DNA of 63,981 bases, counting the filler, from Perkinsus olseni (lineage: Eukaryota): the NCBI GenBank assembly GCA_013115125.1. It is 6 parts of 6 records of this genome, joined end to end, with 100 filler letters (N's around TTAATTAATTAA, not from the genome) between each part and the next. Parts side by side here need not be neighbours in the genome. Positions count along the whole stretch, not along the records: positions 10,920 to 21,724 come from JABANN010000857.1; positions 21,825 to 32,623 come from JABANN010000858.1; 4 more parts are not named here. The stretch is one strand, 5' to 3'. Each line of letters begins with the position of its first letter. Position 1 is the stretch's first letter. Below are positions 11,712 to 25,489 of the stretch, piece by piece. Below the pieces are notes generated by a model, which was given only the letters and a program-made list of their open reading frames with translations, made no database searches and was not told where the DNA came from. The position numbers and the translations under genes are program-made.

Positions 11712-13066
11712 ATGAACACTTACGCGGAGACTTACGCACTCAACGTGGAGTTCTGCACTGGTAAGACATTCCCGGGCGGGTTAGATTCATCGAGGTCAAC
11801 CCCTGCAAACGTGCTCGGGGCATCAGCGGAAGCACACCGACTCCCTTCTCGCGAAGTGTCGTCCCCCAAAGTATTGCATAGGTTGGGTCGTCAAACGAAG
11901 AGTTCAATGCTCCGAGTTCTTTCAGCAGCATCCCCTAAGGGACATGGTCAGGGATGTCATCGGCGCGCTGTCGTAGAACGCCCTGTGGAGCCAGCTGCTG
12001 GCTGCGGAATGAGATGCTGGCTGCCAGCATCTCATTCCGATAAGCCCACTCTCGCGGTGGTAATACGCCGTATTAAATACAGTGCCTTCCGCCTGATCGC
12101 AGCCCTAAGGAAGTCTATTCGCGCGGCTCAGTTACCTTAGACCCAAAATGGCTATGACGTTGAGAACAGCACCGCGCACCCCGGACGTGGGGACCAACGT
12201 TGCGGTGTCCGGACAATGACCTCGCTGCTCTCCCCAACGTGCTGCACGGGAACGTGCACCCGCGCGAGGACACCTGAGCTGTCGCGAACGTTCGTTGTAT
12301 CATAAAACCCTCATGTGCAAGCCAGGCTGGTTTAACCAGCGAACCAGGAAGCCGCAACGTCGGCTGTCCAGTAACTGGGTTACTGTAATATTCTGTAACC
12401 CATCTTGTACTGAGACCACCGAGGCCCACTGGGCCTGGCCCAGTGCTCGAGCAGCTTCAGTGGCATTGCATGACGTGGCATTGAGTCGATGCCAGCGGCA
12501 TTGTTCAGTTTAAGCGTGGCATTATGCCGCGCTTGAACAGTCGATACCCTTTCGTTGTTGGCTGAGAGTAGCACCAGTCTCCACAGCAATGTCGAGGGAG
12601 ACCAAGCACTCCCTTCTACGGTCCTTCTAGGTTACCAGTCACCCTTCGAGAAGCCGATAGCGATACGGCGGGATCGTGTACTTATAGAAGATTCGCCATG
12701 CACTTGCAATACAACGCGAGTCACGCCTCCATTCGCGAAATGATAGTGGGAGGTCGCGGGAGAAAAGTCGCCGCCCGTGAACGGCATGAGAAATGCTTAT
12801 CGAATCATGATGAAGAGACGATGTCAGCGTTACGAATCGTAACTTACGATGGTATCAGCGATGCCAGGAACTTGACGTGCCAAACTTCAAAATGATGCAA
12901 ACACTGCTGCTGGTGCTGCATGGTGGTCACCATAGATGTGACAACCGTGGTAAAGAGTAATGACTCCACTAGAGGCATTAAACTAAGGCTGAGCTGATAT
13001 CTAACTTGCCACGAGTCGAAGTAGAATCGCCTCAGGCAGATAACCAGAGTGGCAAAAACTAAACTA

Positions 13067-13600
13067 TTATTCGCTATTGTAGATTGGGATGTCGGGGTTG
13101 TCGTAGCGGACCGGAGGACATCGGGTATAGCGCGGGGGACTCGCAGCGCTGATTTTGGCGCCAAGAGTACCACTATAGGTCAACCTTCCCTGTTCATCAC
13201 TTTCAATGTTTAATTTCAATACTATTTCGGACCTCAGACGACCTTTCACGCCACTGGCTACCAGGGATACCTTAAGACTACCAGTTGCGTCCGCCTTGTT
13301 AACAGTAGCAACTCCATGTCCCTCGACAGTCGCCGCCAACTTATGCCAACGCGGAACGGACACAATGGTGAGCAGTGCTACTGGGAACTCAAGCCGCCCC
13401 CGATATTGTAGAACCTTGGAATAACGGAGGAGGAAAAGCTCAATTCCATACTCTAGAGTAAGGCTGAAGCCAGTGACACCTTCTGCCCAGACGCCAACAT
13501 CTTTCCCGGAGGGGTGAGCATCGACAGTGATGAGCTAGAGGGTGGTGTAGCCGCTCCCGAGGATACCGAGATGTTGCCAGCAGGGTGGCTGAAGGCTGAG
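13067..13600 (-). pseudogene. Pseudogene of unnamed secreted beta-rich protein family (paralogue of 19343-20175 and 58128-58925)
   Basis: Frame reads PCWQHLGILGSGYTTL*LITVDAHPSGKDVGVWAEGVT...EFPVALLTIVSVPRW...AKISAASP..RCPPVRY. A TAG at 13535-13537 replaces the conserved E of LELIV. Confidence 0.75.
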
Positions 13601-16600
13601 GAAGAATCATTCTTCCCTTCCCCAATAATTCCCGTTTTAGTTCCCGGGAATAATGGCCGGCGTGGAAGGGGACGAATGGACCTCATTTGGGGAACTATCA
13701 TAAAAATCGCCCTTCGCGGCCCTTCGCCCACGAAAACCCAAAATCAAACCCGGAAAACGCTCAGGAACCCTTCTGGCAGCCCTCTTGTCCGCTAGGCCAG
13801 AGAAAATTAGTGTATTCACCTTGGGCCCTGGCCTTTTTCATGATTCACCCGTTCGGGGGTGCGCTCATCGCAGAGCGCAAGTACGGGGGCCCCTAGTATG
13901 CCGCTCCGCTATCTAGCCTTTTATCATTATCGACACAACCGGTCGGACCGGTGAGGCACGTTTTCATCGTAGCGGAGGCGTTTTATATGAACATGTTGGC
14001 AACAAAGGCAGGAGTCGCTCAGAAATGAAGGTTCGTCGATATTTTATACATAATTTGCATAATTCCTGAAAAGGCAGATATTATTCCCCGGAATAGTTCC
14101 TTTCTTCCCTTTCTCGGGGAATATTCCCGGGAACTATGGGAATAATTCCCCATTTTCAGCCACCCTGGTTGCCAGGGAAGATCGTTCCGGCATGAACTTG
14201 GTTGTCGCCCTCGAGTCGGTACCAACAATAATTCTGCCCCTGGAAATTCTCTGCTGGAGGTAAGCAGTTTGGTGGTTGCTGGTACTTAACGGGTAGACGT
14301 AGTGAGCGAAGTTGAGGGGTCTGGTCCGGGTAAGCAACAGAATAATTTTGCCAGAAAGCGTCGGCGGATGGACCGAAATGATGATGTGGACGAAGGCGAT
14401 GGTGATACCGATCAAGAGGGACATGTTTACACCATAGAAGAAGCGAAACCCTCTAGAGAGAAACTCTCGTATAAGCAGAAGCTGTGCGTTTCTAGGCTAA
14501 CGTCATCTAGTCTAGATTATCTAGAACGCAAACTCATGTACGAGAGTGCAAGGCGCAGAATGAGGTCAGACAGTCTTCGGAGACTGACGGTACACGGTTG
14601 CAGTCAATGTTATCAAAGCGAGGTGGATTGTACCGAAGTCAGTGGCAGCTTTGCGTGGCGGCGTTCCGTGGAGTAGCCTACACTAGCACATAATCGTCAC
14701 CATGTTGTGAATATATAGTGCAAATATGGTATTAGACACTTGGCTTCAGCGTCGTCGAGGCGCCGATGCCTCCTTGCCCGTGGACCCCTATAGCGTCTCC
14801 TTCGTAACCTAGGCCGATATTATCCGCGCATCTGCAGCCTACTTTGGCAAGATCGTGGGATGGCATCCCAGGGATGCCCTGATGAGTCGCCCTCACGCAT
14901 TTCTCTGCCTGTAGTGACGCCCTCGGCCTGTAGTGATAGTGGCCAACTCGATTGCAAGGACCCTTACTACTCGCCGTCAAGGCTAGCTCTTGAAAAATAG
15001 GAGCCATACGTTCAATCAAACGCAGGTGTCAACAAGAGAGATTATCTCTCAGAGGTCGAACGTCAGGCCGAAGGGAAGTAGAGGTGATTTTAAACCTGGA
15101 GATCTACTGATAGAATCAATCGGAAGCCGACCAAGCATATAAATCTATGCAGTCCATAGTACGCACTGTACGCAAGCTCTGTGGAGCCGCCCTCCAACCA
15201 CGGTTTTCTTCAGGGGAGCGTAGTCCCGGACTACGGACTACTAGGCGCATGACATAGGCACTGCCGCTATAACACAAACCTATCGAGCACACAAGCACTC
15301 GTTCACTTGTTGAGCTTGCCCAGTAAATAAACTTTCAATTATGCTATCTTAGGAGTTTACTTTAAGGAATCGTCTACACGTTCGGACCAACGCACTGAGC
15401 TCGTATTCGCAACATGTGCTTGAGAATCCAATGCCCAAAACTTCGTCTGCTTCGCTGAGCGAACTTATGTTGGGTCGGTCTCAAAACTCCCTCTATTTGC
15501 CCCTCACGGTGTCACGCCAACTCCCATGAACGGACCAGTAACCTGCATGAGGCTTGTCATCATTCGTTGATTGCATCAGCTTGTATAAGGCGCCCCTTCT
15601 TCTATCACATAATGACCATAATCGTCGACGACCTTACTGAGTTTGGCCAGCGCTTCGCTAGAATAAAAGCCTGGGACGCGCGTCGTCAGCCAACCCAGAC
15701 CCGCAACTTGCGGGCCGCAAGCTACATCGGAGAGGGCTAATGCGGCTACGTTTCCGAAGTATGGTGGGACATTCTGGGCTGAAGCGCCAGTCCGTCTGAA
15801 GGAAGTCGAGTATATCCAATACTTAAGGGCTTGCAGTGCCACGCCTGCACGTTGCAGGTCATCCAAAAAGTACGGTTATGAGCAGTACTGTTGATTCAAT
15901 CAACTTGATTGCCTGATAATCAATTTTTAACTTACGCCCTTACATGTGAAGCTGCATGTGCTCGGAGCCTTTTTAACCTGTTCCTTACAATTCGAATATT
16001 GCTTCTCTTACGGTGTGTGTCTTCTTCTGGTTCGGTTGAGTTTCTCTCTTCTCAAGGAATATGCATTGAGTTCCTGGGTGCAATTTGCACCGTGCAAAGC
16101 AACTGTCTCAGTTGGCACAGTACGAGCTGTAGTGGCGAGCGAAGTGTCACTGTCCCAAGTGGTCCTGTCTGAATTGGTCCAGGTCGCCCAGCCGTTTTTG
16201 TCCGACTTGCCACTGACTCAGTTGGCAGTGTCCGCATCTGTGGTGCACGGGTTGATACCACGAGTTGACCACTGTCCGAATTGGCACTGCCTCAGTTGGG
16301 ATACACCCGCACCACCGTGGAGCCTGGAGACTCAAGTTGGGACGGAAGAGCCTCCTCAGATATCCGAGAGAGTTAGACCTGCGTCCAGGGCTCATCGTCG
16401 AATTTCGCTCATCAGAGACTACGTGTAGAATCGACCGGAGTTTTCCTCATACATCGTGCTGTGCATTGTATGATCGCCATTTAGTTAACCGAGTTTCCAA
16501 CCATACCTGCAAAGTTTGGGTAATCAGCGGCCCTATCATGAACCTGGGCAAGCACCGAACGCTACACGGTGTCCGTCAGACACCGGCATGCGAATCGATC

Positions 16601-17238
16601 AGCCGCAATCATGGCAGCGGTACGCATACGCATGACACGGCGCTTGCCAGGGCATGATGGGCCCGCGAGACCTGGTCGGTAACAAACCGCACCAGAGCCT
16701 GCAACGCAGGTGTGGGTGGGATGGGTTTAAAATCAAATAAAACTGTGAAACCTGACGATGTGCACTGTCCAACCACAGAACGTTGGCAGCACTCTGCTAT
16801 CTAGCTTGCGAAGCGTCGAGCTGAACGGACGCGATTGTGCCACTGTCTCCGCCTCGTAACTTAACGCGCCTACTACGTAACTGGTACGTATTTTCAGAAT
16901 CAGTTATTACCTGACTCCCGCCGCCCACCTGTGCACATTTACGCTATCACTGAATCCATAATCACGAATTTTATCGCAGGGGCCTGCAGTACGGAAGGTC
17001 TTCTCGTATCATGAGCCGATCCTTTCCATTGATGAAATCAACATCACACTTGATGAAGAGGAAACTATGAGGTCCGATTTGACGGCCTCAATAATATAAT
17101 TCAAATACGCCAAAGTGGTAATACGATCATATTAGTACCACCCCGATGCTTAGTGTAACAGAAGTAGGATGCATCGTGTTTAGCACTCTCGCTGAACTGT
17201 TCACCCTGAACATGGTCTTGCTCTTCAATGCCCTGGAT

Positions 17239-18240
17239 TCAGCTTTTGCTAAATACCGTAGAGGAGGGAAAGCGTGTCCTCGGGCGAAGATCCGACCTCA
17301 GGCTCCAGGCCATATGCCCGCCCAAACCCTCGTTGTTGGATAAGTCGATCTTATCTTGCAGTACAGGCTGCGAGTCGAAAAAGTATCCCGCAAACGATCC
17401 CTTCCCCTTGGGGTCGGCGCCCATCTCAACGAGCTTGAAATATGGTATTTGTGCCCCAGTAGCGCTCTCGCCGTACAAGGGTACCTACGATGGTGACGAG
17501 AGCAGCTTGACATACAAAGAGCTATCCCACCCCGATAGCGAACTTGGCCGGAGGCAGACCTTGAACGTCCTTCCACTCGCGGACTATGTTCCTCACCCAG
17601 TCAATGCTGGACTGACCTCTGGGGTCTCTGAAGTTGTCGTATCCCGCACTGGGGTACGTGTCTGTGGATGGGATTCCCATCCACAGACACTTGTCTACCG
17701 GACCACACAAGTCGATGGCCTTGTACAGGGCGTATGAGGTAATGATGCTGAAGGACGAAATATGCGACAGCAGACCGATGTTCGTCTGGACTTACGCCAC
17801 GCTGCCATTAACATTTCTGCCGTTCCTTTTCACGTTCTTCTTCGTCTCCTTCATCAGATTTCAATATTTTTTCCATTCTTCGGTATTACTTGGGAACTCC
17901 CAATCGAAATTGATACCATCGAACTTGTACTTCTCGACCATGGTGTTCGCGGAGGCGTGTAACTTCGGAAAAGCGCTCGTGCCATCGTTAATGAACGGAA
18001 TGCTTCCACTCATCATGAAGGAGACCCTCGTGACCCTGTAGTGTAAGTGTCGGCAGCCTGGCGGGCCGACAGCAGGGCGTTCCTATTGGAGAAAGTCCTC
18101 GTTATCGAGGCATCGGCTGAGACGGTGAATCCCGCAAAGATTAGCTCCATGACCCCAGCACTGAAGATATCGTGAGAATACGAGACATTCCCAGTGACTG
18201 GGAGCTCTTCGCATTCAAAGTAGGCGTAGAACTCCAACGC
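17239..18240 (-). pseudogene. GH18 chitinase-like pseudogene
   Basis: KYKFDGINFDWEFP (DxxDxDxE-type motif with a D>N change) and C-terminal KIDLSNNEGLGGHMAWSLRSD. In-frame TGA at 17861-17863 and an apparent frameshift near 18030-18045. Confidence 0.85.
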
Positions 18241-19342
18241 CTCATTCTGCCAACACGAGGTAGCATATAGATGCCATCGCAGTGGGCCGACGTGGTGCGC
18301 AAAGAAAACCTGAGTAGACCCTTACAATGAGACTTTCTGGTGAGCGTAAGTCTGCTAGTACTGGCTACCAGCCGAAGCCCATTCTGATTCTTCAGTGGCA
18401 CAGTGCTACTGTGATAGTACGGCGATAGAGTTAATGGCGAAAGTATAACTTGGTTAAGTCTCTCTAGACATCCTGCAATGTAGCGTTCCCTCAATGGAAG
18501 ATAAGGAAGAAATTCCGATCCTCGTCACGAGGGCCTCATTGAGGGCCCCTCAATAGTCCAAAGCACCACTGTCGCTTATGTGACCAGCTAGCTTTTCTGC
18601 ACAGGGCCTGTAACGGGGTGTACCCTCCACTGGAGAGAACTGTGTGTTGAACACACAACAAATTGTGTAGTTACAATACTGTTGTAGTACACCTATTGCC
18701 CAGACTACTCTGCGAGGCGTGCAGTGCACGCATGAACACATCCGGTGAGCCCCACCGTCGTAGAAGAAGCGGCTCCACGGAAGTTGGCAACTTCAAGTTG
18801 CGTACAACAGATAGAATCTTCAACTTAGTCCTATATCGGTTGATACATTTCATGAGATGCCAAGATTTCCAATAGCCTCCACTTCCCTCTGGCCCGACGT
18901 TCGATTTCTCATACCTACACCTGTTTCAAGGTGGCTGTTTGATCCGTATTGTTCAACAGCTAACGTTGACAAAAGTAGTTTCACAGGCCACTAAGGAGTC
19001 GAGGCCCTACATTCGAGATTGTCGCTACGACTACCGGGCGAATGCGTATAAGCGCCGCAGACTGAGAAATGCGCGAGGGTCCTGCACAGAGGGAATCCTA
19101 GCCCCTGGTCGATAGTACGATGCAAATGTACGGATGGTGCCTGCTCAGGTTGCGAAGAAGACCCCAAAGGGAGCGGCTTCCAAGGACAAGGAGACATTGG
19201 ACCCCAATGATGTACACCTCGACGACGCCAAAGACAACTGTCTGACACTACGTACATGCTTACGGTTCTTCCGAGGATCGCCGCATAGCTTCCGTTTATA
19301 CGCGAGATGAAGATTCCGTCGTGTCATTTCCATAGTGTAAAC

Positions 19343-20175
19343 ATGTCCTTCTTCATCGGCATCAACATCCCCTTCATTTACGTCGTCATTGCGGTCTACG
19401 GCGACACCTTCAGCGGAAACTATACTGTTGCTAATCCAGGCCGGATTGCCGAGCCTCGGTCACGGCGTCTGACCGGTCCAGACGAGGAACCACCAAACTG
19501 CCTACCTTCAGCAGAAGATTTCTGGGGGCAGTATCATTGTTGGCACAACGTGCAGGATAAAACCAACGTTCATGCTAGCAGCTCATCTCTGGCACTCTAC
19601 CCGGTGATCTCGGGAGCGCGTACGTCTCCCTCGAACTCATCGTTCTCAATTCTGGTACTCCGGCGACAGATGTTGGTGTTCGGGTAGAAGGTTTCACTAC
19701 CATACGTCTAAGCTTGGACTTTGGAATCAAGCTTTACCTTCTCCTCAACGTTCCAAAGTTCGCCAAGGTCGGTGGAAAAGATGTTGGCGAGATCAAGCAG
19801 ATCGAGTTCCCAACATCATTGTTCACGATCATGGACGTTCCATGTTGGGGGACAGTAGCAGCGTCAGTCGAGAAACTTACAAATGCTGGTGTGCACAAGA
19901 CTGACAAATATAGTCGTCTCCAGATCTCCCTTCCTACGACGGGCAAAAAAGGCGATCTAAGCTGGTCGATAACCTTGTACGTGGACATCGAGAGGGACGT
20001 ATACGGAGATTGGGGATTTGATGGTATTGTTAGTGCGAGAATCAGTGCTTCGACTCCCACGCCAAAGTCAAAGAGCCCGAGTGACGACGTCGCCCGTCGG
20101 GCGACATCGGGCGATGCCCGATGCCCTCCGATCACGTACAACCACGACGTTTCACTTTACTATGGCCAAGGGTAG
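19343..20175 (+). pseudogene. Unnamed secreted beta-rich family member with one frameshift
   Basis: Signal-like MSFFIGINIPFIYVVIAVYG, then CLPS..HCWHNVQ..VHA, a frameshift at ~19578, then LELIVLNSGTPATDVGVRVEGFT...EFPTSLFTIMDVPCWGTV...RCPPITY. Intronless. Confidence 0.75.
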
Positions 20176-21051
20176 AAGTCAAATGTGGGCATCTGTCTGA
20201 GCCGAACTACAACGACTACGCCGCGGGCTAAGGCCCTTCGTAGTGATTCGACCCGAACTCGTGATTTTCTTCAATCCTAATCCCATATTATTTTCACTTT
20301 TCCCAGAGGATAAGATTGGCGCTGTAGGGCGGACACCTCGTCATCATTGGTTATACCAATCTGGTATGGCCTCAGGCAACCTAGTTGTAAGTCTATCCGG
20401 AGATTCAAAGGACCGTACGCATTGCAGCTGCTTTTCAGAGCACGGCTCCCACATGCTGGGTGGTCACCGGCCGGCAGCAGAAGTGATTGCTTTTATTTTG
20501 AAGTTCAGGAACTTCAAGTTCAGGTATCGCTTACGCCATCGTTCACTCACCATTAAATGATCATCACTCAATGTCGTTCACGGGCTTTTTCGGGAACGGG
20601 TAGGAGACTCGCGTTGTATCTCAAGTGGGTACGTACACGATTCGACGAATCATCTTTGGCTATCCGAAGCAAGCGACTGGTATTACCAGATTACTAATCT
20701 ATTAGATTGAATATAGGGTCGTAGGAGGAAGTACTTGGCATGGTCGACACCCCCCAGCTTTTTCGTGAGCATCCGATGCTGAGGGGAACACAGTGGAGTT
20801 GATTCAACTCAGTTGAGTCAGTTTATCGCGATAAACAGTTTTTCACCCACTGTAGTTCTCGATTCGAGAATCTCGAATATCACGATATGGGCAGCCGATT
20901 CATGACTCCGCGATAAATCATGAGCGCTCATCGCAACATCGCAATACCCCCTACACTCACTGCGATATTCGAAAAGATTCGCGATGTGTGGATTAAAACG
21001 GCGATTGAAAATCGCCTGAAACGCGAATATCGTAATAAAATCTCATATTAC

Positions 21052-21136
21052 GGGGTTCGCATGTAGAATCGAACCCATGACACATACGTCCTTGGGAGCG
21101 TAATGCTTTGAGCCATGTGCAAGGTGCATCCGAACT
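21052..21136 (-). other. Degenerate tRNA-like sequence (pseudo-tRNA or SINE head)
   Basis: Reverse strand has TGGCTCAAAGC (A-box-like), a CTCCCAA loop and ATGGGTTCGATTCTAC (B-box/T-loop). Stems are imperfect. Confidence 0.35.
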
Positions 21137-21724
21137 TATGACTTGCATAACCATGATGGTTAGACCATGACGAACCAATTATACCACCTACGTGAGGAAC
21201 TGGGTTAAGTGAGGAACTCTAGGCAGGAAACTGCGTCCCAGAATTCGGAACATATCACCTTCATCTTCCTTCGATCTTATCTTACTTCCGGATGAATATT
21301 GAGATGACTGCTCAATGAGCAGTGCTCATACCTCTGACCTTACCACGGAAATGAGAATATGATGAGCAAAATAGACTGAGAGAAGCATGGGATTACCTAA
21401 GATGAGGTGATGACTGAATTAACATGATCCGAAGTAAAATCGAGTTAGCCGAAAAGTGCTCCTGGGTATCAGCAGATTGTTGGGGGTATGCCGCCCTGGA
21501 CTGAACTCAGTGCCATCAAGGTCTCAAGAGAAGGGCTAACTTGAGTAGGTATAAGTCGGGACTAGGAAAAAATCTATTGGTCGGACTACTCAACTGACTT
21601 GAGCGAATATATTGACTGCACGCATACTCACGTTCCTCCGTGGAACGAGGTTGTAGCATCTCGGATTCCAAAGCACTACTGTTGGAACGCAACATAAGTT
21701 GAGAGGTATATGTCTGCAGCTGAC

Positions 21725-21824
21725 NNNNNNNNNNNNNNNNNNNNNNNNNNNNNNNNNNNNNNNNNNNNTTAATTAATTAANNNNNNNNNNNNNNNNNNNN
21801 NNNNNNNNNNNNNNNNNNNNNNNN
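21725..21824. other. Artificial contig spacer
   Basis: N44-TTAATTAATTAA-N44. Confidence 0.98.
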
Positions 21825-22489
21825 AATCATCATAGTGAGGGATAAAAATTGAGTGATACTGAGAACAGTGAGATCACTGCAAGGGAGCAAGAGAGCAGGC
21901 GCGATGACTCAGTTCTCACAGTCTGCCTTGGGAATATTTCAAATCATGAATGTTGGTCTTCTGCGGAGTCGGTCTCGCAAACGAACACGTCATTTGTGTC
22001 GTTGTGCTTGCCTTACCAAACTCAGCGCTGATAGCGAGTGGGCGTCGCGTAGTAGACTACCTGTGTGTCAAGTACATGATGCTCCGGATTATTCGTGCCG
22101 GGCGTGGCGGTCATCGGCAGCCTCAGCTCGGAAGAACTCGGTTTTCCTGACGATGGCGCTATCCAGGGCTTTAGAAATCCATCTCGCGCAGTCGCACATA
22201 AAGGGGCGCTCCCCTTCGTGTGGTGGAGTCTCGATTTAACTCCAACGGGATTTGTTATTTATCTTCTTCAGGCTGACGAAGCCTTCGAGTATAAGTATGT
22301 GGCAGTAGCTATTGCACACGTCTTTAAGGCTTGCATTCTCCGACTTCCACGTTTCCGCGATCAGTCCCCGTGTATAGGGCAATGGGAGCGCTCGTGGTCG
22401 CTCTAGTCCTTCGTGTGAAAGCGGGTGAATTCACTTCTCCAAGGACCTCTGCAGTGCCGAGTCTGGACTCAGCCAAGGCCACGGTCGAG

Positions 22490-22690
22490 CTCGCCCGAAA
22501 CTCCTGGTCCTGTTGCGTTGCACCGCCTTCTGGTTTCAGGTGAAGGTGGCCCGAAGGGCGACCTGAGTCGGGTTTCAGGTTCATGGGGGTTACGGTCAGT
22601 GCTCCACTAGGTCTTGGTCAACTTTCTGACGCCTAGCAGCCTTACACCCAAGCTCCGAACACGCTCATTCTACTGCCATGTGAACTACGA
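22490..22690 (+). repeat. Dispersed repeat copy (same family as 2357-3100)
   Basis: GGTGAAGGTGGCCCGAAGGGCGACCTGAGTCGGGTTTC...GGGGTTACGGTCAGTGCTCCACTAGGTCTTGG matches ~2500-2600. Confidence 0.85.
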
Positions 22691-23775
22691 GCACCTCCCC
22701 AGGCCAGGCCCAGGCGAGCGGAAATCTTCCTTGGCTTTGTGCAGTCAGCCTATGAGACCTGTGCTGTTGAGTTTAGTTGGGTTAGTAAAGGCCCGGGTGG
22801 ACAAATCTTCCCCCAGTCGTTCTTTGAAATCGCATGACTCGCAGGTGTGATACGCAGAGTATCTTCCTAAAGTCGGGCGGCGACTCCGACGAGGACGACT
22901 TCGACATGCGGGGGAGAGCCAATGGCGGAGGAGGCAGGAAGGCGGCCACGATGGGGTAGTAGTGGTAGGCCCTTCCCTCGTATGTTTACGTATAGTCTCG
23001 TGTAGGTTTGCACTAGCTCTCTAGTAGCCGTGACTGGGTTCGATGCTTCAACGTCACTATAGGCGGCTACGGAGGCTCCTGCATGTGCGTTGTTGTAGTT
23101 ACGATCAACATGACGATCGATGTGGCCCTCGTAAGGTCGACGATGACTACGAAGGCTCTCCAGGCGCCGAAAGCCGTCGGGTGCCCAACGCGAAAGTCCG
23201 TGGAATCACCAGCATGTAGGGCAGAGGGAGATGAATTTCGTGGCGCAGCGGTAATCTCTCTCAGGGGTATGTATTCCGACCGTATGGGAAGCGAAGATGA
23301 TGTCGTTATGATGACGAGAGACGATAGTCAACAGTCGGACGGACGGCAGTTCCAGTCCCCCAATTTGAGGGCGCGAAAAGGCGGGTATTGGACTTATAAT
23401 AGGAGCCCCGGTAGTAGGCAGGGAGTGCACTGGTATGCTGGCATGGTTGAAGGGTACCCCGCTGTTATCAGCAGTTGAGCGGTACTATAGTTGATTGCTC
23501 TTTCTATGGAGTCAGCTGCGCGTTTGAGAAATCTCGGTGAGTGGAACAGTCTGAGTTGTGCGTTCGACCGTGTTTCCATCGCCAAGCTCATCCGAGCCTC
23601 TCTATCACTCATCGGCTTCCGTGAAGTTGTGTTGCTCGCCTGCTTTCAATTCTGCTCTTTTCACCAGCATGCTGCTTCGAAGTACTTCTCGAGGCATCTT
23701 TCTTCTCCGAGTCGTTTTTGTCCGTGTACATGCAGGGCTAGTTGTTCTGTATTACTATGTGCTGCCATGTACTAG

Positions 23776-23954
23776 TCGTTCCTCCAGGTGGCAAGGGCAG
23801 TGGCAAAGGAAAGGGCCGTGGCGTCGGTTTCCGACAGGATATCACGAGCCCTTCTGGAGTGGTGAAGGTCATCCTCAAGCCCAACAGTGGAGGCGGCGGC
23901 AGTAGGAAGGGCGGCAAAGGAGGGAAGGGTGGCAACAGACGCTTTGGAAAGTAA
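23776..23954 (+). CDS. Orphan terminal exon of a KG/G-rich (RGG-like) protein
   Basis: After an acceptor-like AG: VVPPGGKGSGKGKGRGVGFRQDITSPSGVVKVILKPNSGGGGSRKGGKGGKGGNRRFGK*. Upstream exons not identified. Confidence 0.45.
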
Positions 23955-24255
23955 ATTACTTGGCGCGTGCCAGAGAACAGTATTTGTGAGAGGCTTTGGT
24001 GAACGGAAGTGAGTGAGGCTGCCCTTGTTGTACGTTTACTCGCTACAGCGTCTTTCCGGTGTTGAGTTAGTTGACGAAGCCAAATTGATCGGCTGCGGAT
24101 TCTCAGTGATTTTACTCGTATGTATTATACTCAGCATCAGAGTGCTGTCAACTGTCCACCATCGGCTCTCCATCATCATCATAATCGGTACTTGCCTCGG
24201 CTGCACGCGGCATTCACCTCTATCAGAGGCCACTTGCCTGCGCAACATCAGTCCA

Positions 24256-25085
24256 TGAGCACACCACTAAGCGCGACGATGGGAGGTACATGTCGCGCGC
24301 CTCAAAAAAGTACGAGGGCTCCTCAACTTGAAGTAAGGCTTATGCGACCACAGTTCACCCCAGCTGCGTCGGTCAATAAGTCCGGGGCATTCGGAGCTGT
24401 ACACAGCGCTGGGGAGTTGGCGTACTGCCGCTTACAGGCTCCTCGTCGGTCGGTGTCTCTCCCTCGCGAGAGCCAGGAAGCAAGCCCTAGTACCACCAAC
24501 ACCCACGGGCACACGAACAAAGCTGACGATATTGAGAGCGCTTCTCCTTTACTCACAGTGAGAAACGCCTGTTGTGAAGAGTCGTCCCCCAATCCCTGTG
24601 ATCAGTACCCCGCTGGGGCGGCGTCTGTGTGTCGGCTCCTCGAGATCGCCGCTAGCCGTCTGAGGGAATCTCAAAACCGGTGGGTGAAGGGGTCCTGTGT
24701 TCTCCCACAAGGTGACACTGAGCCGCGTCTATCGATTAAATCCGTTTGTAACGACTCTGGGGGCATCCTCGCCAGGTGTCGAACGGCCGCCATTCGACTG
24801 CTCACTCGAGCACTGCTCCGATTGGAGGAATCGTCAAAACGGTAGGTCACATTTACCTCGGCCGATCGAATTTTGGTGGCGCCTTTCAGGGACGCCTTCC
24901 TTACATTGAATCCGAGAGTGGATCCGGGCCAGCACCTTGGCGACCTGCGGCGTGTTCACGAACTGGCTGACGAGTGAGAGACTCCTAGGTTGAACCATGG
25001 ATCTGGTGCCAGGTTGGAGAGCTACTTGGCTACCTTCTCTGCCGACTTCAAGTCTCCGAGTTCTCATCGACCGACTCGGGAATGA
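24256..25085 (+). CDS. Hypothetical protein, probably multi-exon
   Basis: 241-aa open frame (24120-24845) with a donor-like GTAGG at ~24842 and a further coding-like block. No family recognised. Confidence 0.3.
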
Positions 25086-25489
25086 TAATGATGAGCACAA
25101 GCATGATGTGAACATTTGGAACTTTACTCACGGCTAGATTCCGAGGCCGTGCTTTGCGTTAACATGTGTATTCGGCGAGTACCACTCCTTCGCGAATACT
25201 TGTAAGAAAACATCGCATCGATGCATCCGCGAGTTGTCCAACTTGTGACGCTACCGAGTGAAAACGCCATTTGTGTTCCCTAACGTTATAACCACCGAGA
25301 TAACCTCGAGGAGTCACAGTGACGACCGAATGCTAGCATATCTTTCGGTATGTGCCACAGTTCGGAGCACATCGGCGAGAGACCAGCAAAAACGGTGGCA
25401 GCTTCGGGTCTTCGCAGCGGTGGTAGGGAGAAGAGGTCGTTTGATCATTTTCATCCCGGTACTCCGATAGGCGCAACACTCGTCGCTTC

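Noticed and set aside
14302-14676. REKLSYKQKL as a pogo/CENP-B HTH transposase start
   Set aside because: Resemblance limited to ~10 residues; no DDE domain traced.
23200-23620. LGDWN as a non-LTR APE endonuclease remnant
   Set aside because: Single short motif in a stop-riddled frame; no supporting motifs.
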